A DNA stretch of 64,000 nucleotides from Longimicrobiales bacterium (GCA_965219445.1 CBDCNQ010000002.1:384001-448000); one strand, 5' to 3'; shown: positions 19,012 to 29,132, counted from the stretch's first letter. Numbers and translations: made by a program. Notes: generated from the sequence alone by a model not told the origin.

Positions 19012-20001
19012 ATGCTGAACGACATGATGCCGCACTTCGAGCTGTTCCAACCCGTCGATGTAGACAATGCATTCGAACTCCTGGATCGGTTCGGGGAGGA
19101 TTGCTGGACCATTGCCGGAGGACACGACAGTCTGGGCTGGTTCAAGGATCGGGGGAAACAGCCTTCGGCCGTAATCGACCTCGCGGGGATCGCCGAGCTT
19201 CATGGCATCCGAGAGTCGGCTGGGGGCCTCGAGCTGGGGGCAATGACTACCCTCACCGAAGTCGAGCGCCACCCTGTCATCCAAGAGAGATTCGGTTTGC
19301 TCGCGGAGGCGGCCCGCATGGTTGCGAGCCCCCAGATCCGTAACTCGGGCACCTTGGGTGGCAACGTCGTACAGGACACACGATGCTGGTACTACCGCTT
19401 CGGGCTCGCATGCTATCGAGCCGGCGGTAACACGTGCTACGCCAGCGCGCCGGAGGCCATGAATCGGGAGCACGCCATCTTCGGAGCCAACCGGTGCGTG
19501 GCCGTTACTCCGTCCGATCCCGCACCCGCCTTGGTGGCGCTCGAAGCGGAGATGGTGATTCGCAACTCCCGCGGTGAGCGGGTGGTGTCTGCGGAGGACT
19601 TCTTCATGACACCCGCCGTCGACATCCAACGCATGACGGTCCTCGAGCCCGAGGATCTGCTGACGACCATCCGCATTCCCAACACCTGGGCTGGAGCCAA
19701 CTTCTACTTCGAGAAGGTGGCGGACCGGGGTGCCTGGGACTTCCCGCTCGTGAACGTAGCCGCTGCGCTCCGGCTCGAGGGAGGCCGAATCGCCGACGCC
19801 CGCATCGTCGTGGGTGCCGTCGAGTGCATCCCTCGGCGCCTGACGGACGTCGAAGACCTCGTGAGGGGCCGTGTCAAGAACGAAGAGACCGCCGTCCTGG
19901 CGGGTGCGCTCGCGGTAGAGGGTGCGGAGCCCTTGCGGTACAATCACTTCAAGGTGCCGCTCATGGAGAACCTCGTGAAGAGGGCCGTGCGCGACGCCTG
20001 A
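19012..20001 (+). CDS. FAD-binding subunit (PaoB/YagS-like)
   Basis: IAGGHDSL, ASPQIRNSGTLGGN, Cys-rich insert RCWYYR...CY..GGNTCYA. Confidence 0.9.
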   Translation: MLNDMMPHFELFQPVDVDNAFELLDRFGEDCWTIAGGHDSLGWFKDRGKQPSAVIDLAGIAELHGIRESAGGLELGAMTTLTEVERHPVIQERFGLLAEAARMVASPQIRNSGTLGGNVVQDTRCWYYRFGLACYRAGGNTCYASAPEAMNREHAIFGANRCVAVTPSDPAPALVALEAEMVIRNSRGERVVSAEDFFMTPAVDIQRMTVLEPEDLLTTIRIPNTWAGANFYFEKVADRGAWDFPLVNVAAALRLEGGRIADARIVVGAVECIPRRLTDVEDLVRGRVKNEETAVLAGALAVEGAEPLRYNHFKVPLMENLVKRAVRDA

Positions 20002-20489
20002 GGCCCTGCTACGCCGGGGGCTCCAGCTAGCTCGTCTCAGCCCCTGTGTTGATCGCGAGGTGTTCGCCCGCCCTCCCTGGCATCTTGCCCGAGAGATAGG
20101 GTCCCTGCCGGTTCTTGGCGGGTTGGGGAGACTTTCTCCCCTAGGTGTGGGTCCTCGGTAGGTCAGCAGTCTCAAAAGGCTCTCTTACGCGATTCCAAGG
20201 GGAGCGGAGGAGCCAACGTGCTCCGCGAAAACCCCGTGCGCCTCGCGGAGATTCCGAGAGCAACTCCGACTGAAGGGAGAATCGGCTCCTATGGAATTCT
20301 CGCGGCCAACGTCGTGGAGCTACGTCGTGGACCCCCCAAAACAAGGAAACTCCCTCAGAGCATCCAAAGCCCTGAGGGAGTAGACCTTATCCTCAGTCGG
20401 GACGGCCGGATTGAGCTCCGGGCGCCTTCGGCGATCATCGCTCGTCTCGCGGAGGTCATGAGGATCTATCGAGAGCGCTGCTGACGCTC

Positions 20490-20519
20490 GGCTCGAACCG
20501 GCGACCCCCTGAACCCCAT
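20490..20519 (-). pseudogene. degenerate 3' fragment of tRNA-Pro(GGG), possible att scar
   Basis: Minus strand ATGGGGTTCAGGGGGTCGCCGGTTCGAGCC resembles anticodon loop through T-arm; no D-arm or acceptor stem. Confidence 0.45.
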
Positions 20520-20680
20520 TACACATAGGTTATACGCCATATCATGGGAGATGCCCAGTTTCATTCGGGTTTCGGAGAAAATTTCCTGGAGTCGGAATCC
20601 CCGTTTCCAGGCATCCAGGGGGGTTACGTAGTGGAGAAGGTATTGGAGTGCGCCTCTTCGGGGACTCAATCAACCTAGTC

Positions 20681-20703
20681 CGTGTTGCACTTCAAAGTTG
20701 ATC
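20681..20703 (+). mobile_element. isolated IS30 terminal remnant
   Basis: cgtgttgcacttcaaagttgatc identical to 3739-3761. Confidence 0.6.
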
Positions 20704-20877
20704 TGAGCCGGAATCTGCCGGACGGCTGACGGGCTAAGGCACGTCTGGAAGGGAACTATGACTCCCCCTGCTGAGGATAGCCAATTCCTGCGGCCGTTCG
20801 TGGCGCTGCATTCCAGCTTAATCTACGTTGGTAACTGAGGCTGACCGGGCACTCGAACGTTGAGACGAGGTAGGAAG

Positions 20878-21420
20878 ATGGAAAGTCTGCGGGGCCGCCT
20901 GCTGATCTCAAGCGGTGGCTTGTTCGATCCGAACTTCCGACACGCGGTCGTGCTGGTCGGGGAGCACAACACGGACGGGGCGCTCGGCGTGGTATTGAAC
21001 CAAGCCCTCGACGTCACGGTCGAGGAGGCCCTTCCGACCCTGAGCGATTTGGTGCCGGCCGGAGAACCGCTCTTCAAGGGCGGTCCAGTCCAACCGGGAA
21101 GCCCAGTGCTTCTCGCCGAGCTCACCCATCCCGAGTTAGTCGATGTCCCGGTGTTCGGGTCATTGGGCTTTCTCGTGGGTGAGGTTGCCGCAGACATCAA
21201 GGCGAGCATTCTCAGGGCGCGGGTGTTTGCAGGCTACTCGGGGTGGGCGCCGGGCCAGCTCGAGGCGGAGATGGCCGCTGGCACCTGGATCGTCGAGACG
21301 GCGGGTGAGGACGACGTGTTCACCGATGCCCCCGACTTGCTTTGGAGTCGCGTACTTGAGCGGAAGGGGCCTGAATACCGGCAATTGTCCCGGATGCCGT
21401 ACGACCCATCGATGAACTGA
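20878..21420 (+). CDS. YqgE/AlgH-family protein
   Basis: LFDPNFRHAVVLVGEH..DGALGVVLN, GGPV, FAGYSGWAPGQLE.E. Confidence 0.9.
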   Translation: MESLRGRLLISSGGLFDPNFRHAVVLVGEHNTDGALGVVLNQALDVTVEEALPTLSDLVPAGEPLFKGGPVQPGSPVLLAELTHPELVDVPVFGSLGFLVGEVAADIKASILRARVFAGYSGWAPGQLEAEMAAGTWIVETAGEDDVFTDAPDLLWSRVLERKGPEYRQLSRMPYDPSMN

Positions 21421-21451
21421 CCGTCCTCAACCCACGCCGCCCACCGATTCC

Positions 21452-21578
21452 GTCTAACGGATCTGCGATTCTGCTGCGCGGCTAATGTGGTGACCGCAAG
21501 CGCAGCGCGCGAGCCTGATGTCTACCGCTCCAGGATCACTGCGTCCCCTTGACCCGGTTCTTCTCAATGGTGTTAGAT
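21452..21578 (-). other. orphan attC with remnant right end of a different IS1111
   Basis: 21452-21528 nearly identical to attC1; then TTGACC-N17-GTTAGAT (21549-21578), same geometry as the IS1111 right junction. Confidence 0.7.
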
Positions 21579-21595
21579 GGCGAGCCTCGCGTTAG

Positions 21596-21889
21596 TTACG
21601 GCATCAACGCCACGATCTCCTCAAACTCGTCCGGGTCCCAGGCACGCATGGTGGTGCTCCTCACGTTCCCTTGTGCACCGGTAGCCAGCGCAAATGCGGT
21701 CGCGGCCTTCTCATCGTCGGCCTCGGAGATTACGACCAGGTCGTAAGGGCCTGCGGTGTACTAAACGCCGAGCATTTTGATTCCGGCTCCCTCTGCGGCT
21801 TCGATCGCAGCCCTGAGCCGGTTTGGAGATTCCTTCACGGCCCGGATGCCCTGGTCCGTAAAACTGTAGAGCGTCGCGAACTTAGCCAT
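21596..21889 (-). pseudogene. GYD-domain protein with in-frame TAG at codon 43, cassette-borne
   Basis: MAKFATLYSFTDQGIRAVKESPNRL...LGV*YTAGPYDLVVISEA...GNVRSTTMRA; stop is followed by an attC R'' box. Confidence 0.75.
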
Positions 21890-22421
21890 CTGGTTTGCCT
21901 CCTTTTCGGACGATAGGGATTAGTGAGCCCAGCAGACCATCCGGTCTCGCGATTTTGCTGCGCGATCACCATGCCCATGAGCAGATCGAGATGCAAGCTC
22001 AGAGCCCAAGAGCGGCTGAACAAGAAGACGACCACCTCCGAACGATGGGGGGGGTGGGCGTCCTTGCTCGTATGGCGCACTCCCCTTGTGGTGGTATGGT
22101 GCTTGCCGTTGGTGGCACACCTCGTTACAAGGGAGGCTGTCATGCGTCGATTCCTTCCTTTTGCTGCCCTACTCGGGGTGGCGCTCGTGGGCGACGGTCA
22201 GCGACGGAATCAAAGGCTCCGGTAAGGACGTCCTGCTCCAGGCCCCGCAGCACGGACAGGAAGTGGTCCAGTGTCTTTACCGCCTCTCTCACGCACCGTT
22301 GCGGGACTCAAGGCGCGGCGACTGGTCCTGGCGATACAATACCACAGCCAAATCGGAAATCCGGGATCAGATCATCCTGCTTGATGGTCGTCATGGGCTC
22401 CGATCTTCTAGGTGCGCCAGA

Positions 22422-23060
22422 TCATATTTCTTCGACTTCGATCTTCCGGAACTCCAGCAATCCCCCTTCGCCCTGAATCCCAATATGCCCGGTCAGATAT
22501 TTGATGCTGGTCGCTGTCGTGATAAGTACACCATTCAACCGAACCGACAGATTCTCACCCTCAGCTGTGATTTCATACGTTTGCCATTCTCCGGTTGGCT
22601 TGTAGGCTTCCTTCAGCGCCTCGATATCAAATTCATGCTCAAAAGGCGGAGCACCATAAGGAATCATCTGGCCGAGCGGCCTGTCGCCGGTGATGATGTC
22701 CCTGAACTGAATCTGATAACCGTTGTCTGGGTAACCCCTATCGTCGTTTCTGCTTGTTGGGGCGGTTCGGACGAAAATCCCGCTATTGGCTTCTTCTTCT
22801 AAGAAGCGAAACTCCATGGTCAGGACGAAATCACCAAATGTCTCGCTGGAACGCAGCCAACCTGTTCCGCGATCTATTTTGAGAACCCCATCCTCCACAG
22901 AGAACTGCCCGTTGTTGACGATTTCCCAACCGTCCAGATCCTGACCGTTAAAGAGTTGTATCGCCGAGGTGGCAGTGCTCGCAGGCTCGCCAGTGTCCGC
23001 TGGCTGACAGCTGCTCAGTAGAACGCAGCCAAGTAGGACGGTTAGCGTAGCTACTCTCAT
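22422..23060 (-). CDS. DUF1080 (3-keto-disaccharide hydrolase family) lipoprotein
   Basis: LFNGQDLDGW, FGDFVL..EFR, NSGIFVR, GEWQTYEI, GHIGIQ; lipobox LSSC. Confidence 0.85.
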   Translation of the reverse strand: MRVATLTVLLGCVLLSSCQPADTGEPASTATSAIQLFNGQDLDGWEIVNNGQFSVEDGVLKIDRGTGWLRSSETFGDFVLTMEFRFLEEEANSGIFVRTAPTSRNDDRGYPDNGYQIQFRDIITGDRPLGQMIPYGAPPFEHEFDIEALKEAYKPTGEWQTYEITAEGENLSVRLNGVLITTATSIKYLTGHIGIQGEGGLLEFRKIEVEEI

Positions 23061-23401
23061 GTCTTCCCCCGTTTCTGTTCGTTAAAGGATAGTTAAACCA
23101 AAAGCCCAGTCCTCCTCCATGTCCTCCGGGCGCGCCTCCTCCGACACTCCAGCCACAGCCAAGGCGGCAATGCTCTCCATGTTCGACTGCTTTCGAATCG
23201 CACCGCTCCACCGGAGCACGTTTAGCATGGCCACGGCCTTAAAGCAACGAGCCGACGATCACCACGACGCCTTCTACGAAGACGCGAAGCCAGGGGATCT
23301 CCCCATCGACGCTCACTCCGGGCGCTTGTCGATGCGCTGTACACACGTATAAGGCTATGTGGATTCCACCCGAATAGCGTCCCCGGGGCTATCGACCTGC
23401 C

Positions 23402-25153
23402 TTACGGAGCCAGCGGCTCGATATGAACGATCCGGCCTTCGTGGTTCGCACCGATCCACGAGCTTGAGAGCCCGCCGCTCTCGGACCGCTGCACATGCAT
23501 ATGGCGAATGTTGGCTTCCGCCGGGAGGAGGTAGAAGTTCCACTCTCCCGTCTCTTCGTTCATCCGCGCGACATGGTCGGCAGAGATCGAGCCCGTCCAG
23601 ACATAGCCGGCGTTGTCGTTCACGGCCATGTAGGGCTGAAACCAGGGCATCGGCACGGGGAAAAGCTCAATTGCTTGCCCGGCGGGCATGCTCGGGTCGA
23701 GCTTTCCGACGTAATTGCCGTCGAAACCACCAAACCACAGGCGGTCCTGGGCATCAAAATAGCCTCGCCGGCTGCCGCCCCCGAGGCCCGTTTCACCGCG
23801 GGGCTCTTCGGGGATCGGATAATAGGTGATTTCGTGGGTCTTAGCATCCACCCGCCAGAACTCCGTGCTTCCCCGGCTGGCACCGTACGCGTTGTTCTTC
23901 GAGTCCACGTAGTGATCGTAGGCAGATAGGTTCCCAACGGGCGTCCCCTCCCACTTCCCGTCATCAAGGAACTGCGCCTGATACAGCTGGCCGCCAGTAC
24001 GGAACCAAACGTTGCCATCCACATGCTTGGAGTTGGCCGCCGTAAAATGACCGGTACCTGGATAGAACTCGAACGTCTCCGACTCCGTGTCGAAAACGGC
24101 GGTGTACCCGATTCCCCTCCTAAGACCCGGTGGAGCCAGGTAGAATTTGCCCTGCCCATCCGGCATCAGGACTCGATTGCCGACCGGTATCATCGACCCT
24201 TCCGCCGCCAGCTCCGGGAAGATATCCACCAAGTCCGGGAACCTGTATTCGACAGTCTCGCCGGTCTTGGGGTTCAGCTTCCCGATCACGTTGTCGTTGA
24301 AATCGTCGTAGTAGATCCATCCATCCGGCCCCATCTGCACATCGTGGGGCTTGGCGACCACCCGAGGCAGGTCGTACGTGGTGTAGATCACGTTGGTGTT
24401 CTCGCCCGTGGGCCGCGGATACGTCTTCAGGGGATATTGCCAAGGACCGTTACTGAGATTGATCGCTGAAACGGCTTTGGACTGCAGGTCATGGAGGGGA
24501 GTGGGCGGGCGCGCCATCACTCCGTCTCCCCTTCCCCAATCGACTGCCTGGGTCTGTGCTATCTGGTAGGTCACCGCCGTACTGCCGAGCCAGTAATACG
24601 ACATTCGCTGCATGACATACCGGAGCTGCTCCTCGTTGAATCTCGACATTGCCACTCTCTGCTGGTTGTGACAACGGGCACAGTCCCTCAGGGCGACGAA
24701 GGTCGTTTCCTCGAGTAGCGGATAGCTCCACAGCCATTCCGCGCTCGAGAGCTGTAGGGCCTTTTCCAGTAGGGTGGCCTCCCCCAGGTGCAGATCCTTC
24801 ACAGAGGGAGCCTCCCCGGTTACCTCCACGACCCTCGTCGAGGGCCGCAGCACGTAGCCCGCTGCCCGGACCCCGATCGTGTACTCGCCCGGCTCCAGTC
24901 TGTCGCGGGGGAAACTGTAAACACCGGCGGCATCGCTCACGACGGTGACCGTGATGTTGGAGCCCTCTCGTCTGGCACTTACGAGCGCTCCCTCCATGCG
25001 GCCTTCCGGGACCGAGGTCACCCAGCCCGTCAGAGCGGGAGTCGTCGACTGCATTGCGTGTACGGCCTGGTGGCCCGGCCAGATTGCCAGTCCCACAACG
25101 ATCGCTCCGACCATCCCTGGCGCGATCCCCTTAACTGCCTTCTTGGTTTTCAA
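23402..25153 (-). CDS. secreted protein: carboxypeptidase-regulatory-like domain, CxxCH heme motif, Vgb-lyase-like beta-propeller
   Basis: Signal peptide; GALVSA..TVTVVSDAAGVYSFP; CARCH; KPHDV..GPDGWIYY..F...IGKLNPKTGE. Confidence 0.75.
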   Translation of the reverse strand: MKTKKAVKGIAPGMVGAIVVGLAIWPGHQAVHAMQSTTPALTGWVTSVPEGRMEGALVSARREGSNITVTVVSDAAGVYSFPRDRLEPGEYTIGVRAAGYVLRPSTRVVEVTGEAPSVKDLHLGEATLLEKALQLSSAEWLWSYPLLEETTFVALRDCARCHNQQRVAMSRFNEEQLRYVMQRMSYYWLGSTAVTYQIAQTQAVDWGRGDGVMARPPTPLHDLQSKAVSAINLSNGPWQYPLKTYPRPTGENTNVIYTTYDLPRVVAKPHDVQMGPDGWIYYDDFNDNVIGKLNPKTGETVEYRFPDLVDIFPELAAEGSMIPVGNRVLMPDGQGKFYLAPPGLRRGIGYTAVFDTESETFEFYPGTGHFTAANSKHVDGNVWFRTGGQLYQAQFLDDGKWEGTPVGNLSAYDHYVDSKNNAYGASRGSTEFWRVDAKTHEITYYPIPEEPRGETGLGGGSRRGYFDAQDRLWFGGFDGNYVGKLDPSMPAGQAIELFPVPMPWFQPYMAVNDNAGYVWTGSISADHVARMNEETGEWNFYLLPAEANIRHMHVQRSESGGLSSSWIGANHEGRIVHIEPLAP

Positions 25154-25452
25154 GGCGACCTCTTCCTTGTTCGTAATAAACGTGACCGGGTCACCGGACC
25201 CGGCTCAACGATTCGAGCCGTCCGGAAGCGCGTTCGTCGCGTTGCTCCTGATAGGAGCCTACATTGTTCACCGCGTCAACATCCGAGAGCGGGCCGGTAG
25301 GCGCAAGCGGAAGCCGTCAGGCGCCCAGAATCGCCGCTACAGCAACACCAACGGCAGCCCCAGCGCGAAGAGCGCCGACGCGATGATCACACTCACGAAG
25401 CCCACCTGAGCGGAGGGGCTGCCGCTGTCGGCATCACTCGGGAGGTCTCCCC

Positions 25453-26550
25453 TTAGACCCTCGCGATGTCGGCGTAGGTGGCTTCGATGCGCGCCCGCAT
25501 GGCGGGGTCCGGCAGCCGGCCGCGCGAAGCTCCGTTGTTGTCGATGGCGTGCTCGACCTTCGTCGTGCCCGGAATGACCGCGGTCACGGCGGGGTGGGAG
25601 ACGAGGTACTTGAGGTAGAGCTGAGCCCACGACGTGCAGTCGACGTCCGCGGCGTAGCCGGGTAGTGGCGAGCCCGCCATCTCGGAGAGCACGGAGTTAC
25701 GGCGACCCCCGAACGGCACGTTGCAGATCACGGCGGTTCCCTGCTCCTGCGCCAGTGGGAGCATCACCTCCTCGGAGCTGCGGTTGCCGATCGAGTAGTC
25801 CACTTGCAGGAAGTCGAGCACGCCTTGGCGCATGTAGCGGGCGGTGTCCTCGTAGTCGCGGTCGCTCGAGATGCTGATGCCGACGTAGCGGAAGCGTCCC
25901 GCTGCCTTCAGCTCCTGCATCATCGGGAGGAGGTTGTCGGTCTCGCCTACGCTGTGGACCATCATCACGTCAACCATGTCGGTTTGGAGCCGCTCGAAGG
26001 CCAGCTCGAGCTGAGCCATATGATCGACGGGGGCGCCGCCGCCACCTCCTCCCCGTCTTCGACCTCTGGCGTTACCCTCGCTGTACTTCGTCACCAGGAA
26101 GATCTGGTCGCGGTTGCCGTTCTTGGTGATACACTCCCCGATGACCTGTTCGGCCCGACCGTACCCGCGCGCCGTGTCCACCATGCTTCCGCCCCGGTCG
26201 GTCATCGTTTTGAGCACGTTGCACAGGTTCTCGATGTCCGCGCGATTCCTGACGCTGTAGCGGTTCGTGCCGAGGCCAACGACAGGGATCTGCTCACCCG
26301 TCTTCGGGATCGCCTTCATAACGAGAGGAAGCTCCTGCTGACGCGCCACCTCCTCCGCGAAGAGCTCGAGGCGGCTCCCGATGGCGAGCCCGGCGCCGGC
26401 GGCGAGCCCCGCCTTGATGGCGGCTCGGCGTGAGGGGTGCTTCAGGTCGTCCGCCAGGTAGACCGTGGCCATGCCGCCTTCGCCGAGTTCACGCTCGATG
26501 GCGTAGCGGCCTTCTAGGGCTGCGTTTAGGCGGGCGACGGCATCGGTCAT
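25453..26550 (-). CDS. aldo/keto reductase with Tat-like leader fused to 38 aa of a Ser/Thr kinase N-terminus (chimera)
   Basis: IPVVGLGT, DTARGYG.AE, FLVTK, IPGTTK.EH..DN; N-terminus GRYAIERELGEGGMATVYLA. Confidence 0.8.
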   Translation of the reverse strand: MTDAVARLNAALEGRYAIERELGEGGMATVYLADDLKHPSRRAAIKAGLAAGAGLAIGSRLELFAEEVARQQELPLVMKAIPKTGEQIPVVGLGTNRYSVRNRADIENLCNVLKTMTDRGGSMVDTARGYGRAEQVIGECITKNGNRDQIFLVTKYSEGNARGRRRGGGGGGAPVDHMAQLELAFERLQTDMVDVMMVHSVGETDNLLPMMQELKAAGRFRYVGISISSDRDYEDTARYMRQGVLDFLQVDYSIGNRSSEEVMLPLAQEQGTAVICNVPFGGRRNSVLSEMAGSPLPGYAADVDCTSWAQLYLKYLVSHPAVTAVIPGTTKVEHAIDNNGASRGRLPDPAMRARIEATYADIARV

Positions 26551-26605
26551 GCGCTGCGCTCGGCGGAGTTCAGTGGGATGACGATGTCGTACATAGGGCG
26601 GCCCG

Positions 26606-27145
26606 TCAGCACGATGATTCAACGTAGGTGGCGAACTCCTCGGTGAGTAGCCCCCTAACGGGAGTCAGGACGGTTCCCTCGGGTACCTGGTTCCAGAACT
26701 CTGAAGAGCTCCGGTACCGCATACAGATCTGGCGCTGAAACCGGCCCCACTCCGAAGCCCCGAGAAGTCCATATTGATTGGCTATGTAGGAATTTTCGTA
26801 CACGCCCCAAAGGGTGTTCAAGAGAAGCTGAAGCCGGGGATCCCTCGCCTGCTCCCGGAACTCCAGTTGCCCCTGGATATGCTGAGCCCAAAGCCTCGCC
26901 AGCTCCGGGTCCGCAGCTAGCGTCAGCCGCCACCGATTCAGGCCCTCCATGCTGCGGTCGTAGGCAGCCGCCCGTGTGATCTCAGTGTTCAACGAGGTCT
27001 CTTCCGCAGTCTGCCTCACCTGTAGCCCGACGAAGACGAGTGAGACGACCACCGCAGCAGCGGACACGATCTCCGCCCAGATCCCAAAGACCTGAAGGCG
27101 TCTGCTCGAAGCCTGCGTACCATCGGGGTCAGACACAGCACGCAC
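26606..27145 (-). CDS. membrane-anchored hypothetical protein, homologue of the first cassette gene
   Basis: EIVSAAAVVVSLVFVGLQVRQ...RAAAY...YEN...EFATYVE. Confidence 0.7.
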   Translation of the reverse strand: MRAVSDPDGTQASSRRLQVFGIWAEIVSAAAVVVSLVFVGLQVRQTAEETSLNTEITRAAAYDRSMEGLNRWRLTLAADPELARLWAQHIQGQLEFREQARDPRLQLLLNTLWGVYENSYIANQYGLLGASEWGRFQRQICMRYRSSSEFWNQVPEGTVLTPVRGLLTEEFATYVESSC

Positions 27146-27148
27146 CCT

Positions 27149-28954
27149 TCACCACGTAATCCCCGCCTCTTCGAGCAACGCCTGGTAGCGAGGGTCGTCG
27201 CGGAGGAGATCGGAGTGACGGGACGTATGAAACCTCGAGAGGCTGCGAAGAACGCCTGTCGTAGCTGCAAGCTCCAGGGCTTCCAACGTCAGTCCGCGCT
27301 GCCCTGTCCATCCGTACCGAGGTGGCGATTCCATAAGGCCCTCGTAGCCTTCGGGGAATCGAAATGTCTTTGGTTCCCCGCTTCGCAAGTAGCCAATAGC
27401 TGCCTGTATCCAGCGTTGCTCGACCGCCATATCGGCGGCTGGGTCAAGACGAGCGCGTTCTAGGGCGGCTTCTGAAGCGGCGGCGTACTCGCCGGCCTCC
27501 AGCAACGTAGATGTCAATGCCATCCACGCCATCGGCCGTTGTGGGTCGAGGTCAATGACTCTGCGGAGCTGTTCAGTCGCTTCGGCTATCCTTCCGGCCG
27601 CACTCAGAGAGGCACCTAGGTTCACCCCCACGACTTGGGAGACCGGATCGAGCTCCACACCCCTGCGATGGACAACGATCGCTTCGTCCGCCCGTCCCAT
27701 GTCTCCGAGCAGCTGACCGAACCAATGATATGCCGACGCATATTGAGGGCTGAGCACCACTGCTCGCTCGAAGCTGCTCTGCGCCTCGGCCCATGCACCC
27801 CTCAGATTGTACGCGAGCCCAAGAGAGGCGTGAGCCATACCCAGGTCGGGCGCGGTCTCAACAGCTCGCTCGGCGAAGCGGAGGCCTTCATCGAGGAAGC
27901 CGACATCGCCCACCCCGCCGTGATTGTGCATGAAGACTAGATGCGCGTCGGCAAGTCCCGACCAAGCCTCGGCATAGCCTAGGTCCAAGTCAACCGCCCG
28001 CTGGAACTCCTCGATCGACGCGAGAATGGATTCCCTCGTCCTCTGATTCCAGAGGTGGCGACCCCTCAGGTAGGCCTCGTGGGCTTCTGGGTTCTGAGTC
28101 CCCTGCCCGGCGAGAGAAACCTCGACGCCTCCAGAGAGCGTGACCTGCAGTTGATCCGCAATAGCGGTAGCGATCTCCCGCTGGATGGCGAAGATGTCGT
28201 TTAACTCGCGCTCGTAGGTGTCGGACCACAGGTGACTGTCAGTCTGGGCATCAACCAACTGGGCGGTGATCAGGACTCTCTCACCGGCTCGCCTAACGCT
28301 TCCTTCCAGGATGTGTGTAACGTCCAGCGTGTCAGCGATCTGCTGGATCGTGATGTTCTGCCCCTTGAAGGCGAATGAAGAGGTGCGACCCGGAACCCGG
28401 AGGTCAGGTAACTGAGCGAGAGCGTTGAGTAGCTCCTCGGTAATTCCATCCGAGAAGTACTCGTTGTCTGGATCACCGCTCATGTTGTCGAAGGGAAGGA
28501 CCGCGACCGACTGTTCGATGTTTGGAGCATCACCACTGCCTGACCCACCTCCGATCCCCCCGCCGAACAGCACCCATCCAAACCCGACGAATCCAAGCAG
28601 CGCAAAGGCTCCGACACCGCCTAGAATCGCGTTGCGCCATGTGAATAGACCGGAAGCGCCACCTGGAGGAAGAGCGCTTGTGGGAGCACCATCTACGTTC
28701 ACATCCCCCGTCTCACGGCCTGGTCCGCCTTCCTGAACGAACGCCGTGGCTAGGACGATGGGAAGTCCAACAATGAGCAGCGCCAACGCAAACGACGGAA
28801 ACCAGTCCGGTAAGTTGAGCGCACCGCCTAGCGTGTCCACGACCTGGAGCACCGCCCAAGACGCGACCAGGTAGATCCCCAACACCTGCCACAGACTTCG
28901 GCGGTGGATCTCGCGGATGAAGCGCCTGAGAGGACCTTCAGATGGGCTCGCCAT
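27149..28954 (-). CDS. membrane protein with TolB-like N-terminal domain and TPR repeats
   Basis: SVAVLPF.NMSGDPDNEYFSDGITEELLNAL, RTSSFAFKG, ILEGSVR; TPRs. Confidence 0.85.
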   Translation of the reverse strand: MASPSEGPLRRFIREIHRRSLWQVLGIYLVASWAVLQVVDTLGGALNLPDWFPSFALALLIVGLPIVLATAFVQEGGPGRETGDVNVDGAPTSALPPGGASGLFTWRNAILGGVGAFALLGFVGFGWVLFGGGIGGGSGSGDAPNIEQSVAVLPFDNMSGDPDNEYFSDGITEELLNALAQLPDLRVPGRTSSFAFKGQNITIQQIADTLDVTHILEGSVRRAGERVLITAQLVDAQTDSHLWSDTYERELNDIFAIQREIATAIADQLQVTLSGGVEVSLAGQGTQNPEAHEAYLRGRHLWNQRTRESILASIEEFQRAVDLDLGYAEAWSGLADAHLVFMHNHGGVGDVGFLDEGLRFAERAVETAPDLGMAHASLGLAYNLRGAWAEAQSSFERAVVLSPQYASAYHWFGQLLGDMGRADEAIVVHRRGVELDPVSQVVGVNLGASLSAAGRIAEATEQLRRVIDLDPQRPMAWMALTSTLLEAGEYAAASEAALERARLDPAADMAVEQRWIQAAIGYLRSGEPKTFRFPEGYEGLMESPPRYGWTGQRGLTLEALELAATTGVLRSLSRFHTSRHSDLLRDDPRYQALLEEAGITW

Positions 28955-29090
28955 GATCCGCACAACATGCGTCTAAGACACGTGGGGCGGCAAGGACACC
29001 AACACGAGTGCCAGCCCCAGCACGATGATCATGTTCGTCAAGATTCCATAAAGGAGTCTCTAGGGGTCGTTGGGGGGCAGGGCAGGGGAG

Positions 29091-29132
29091 TACTGTCGGT
29101 AAATACTGTCGGTTACTGTCGCTTTACTGTCG
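29091..29132 (+). repeat. four direct TACTGTCG repeats, candidate integrase arm-type sites
   Basis: Copies at 29091, 29104, 29114, 29125, about 110 bp from the tRNA fragment. Confidence 0.6.

Noticed and set aside
20859..21458. yqgE as a complete gene cassette
   Set aside because: The left boundary gttgagacg is only an imperfect partner of cgtctaac and has no attC arm; insufficient support.
21761..21763. In-frame TAG in the GYD gene as pyrrolysine or recoding
   Set aside because: No pyl genes seen, TAG is a normal stop elsewhere in the window, and a single TAC/TAT to TAG change in a decayed cassette is simpler.
21900..23400. Short gene-like scraps (MTTIKQDDLI near 22400; KQSNMESIAALA...MEEDW near 23105-23230)
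   Set aside because: Reminiscent of fumarase and DUF2806 fragments but too short to call without a search.
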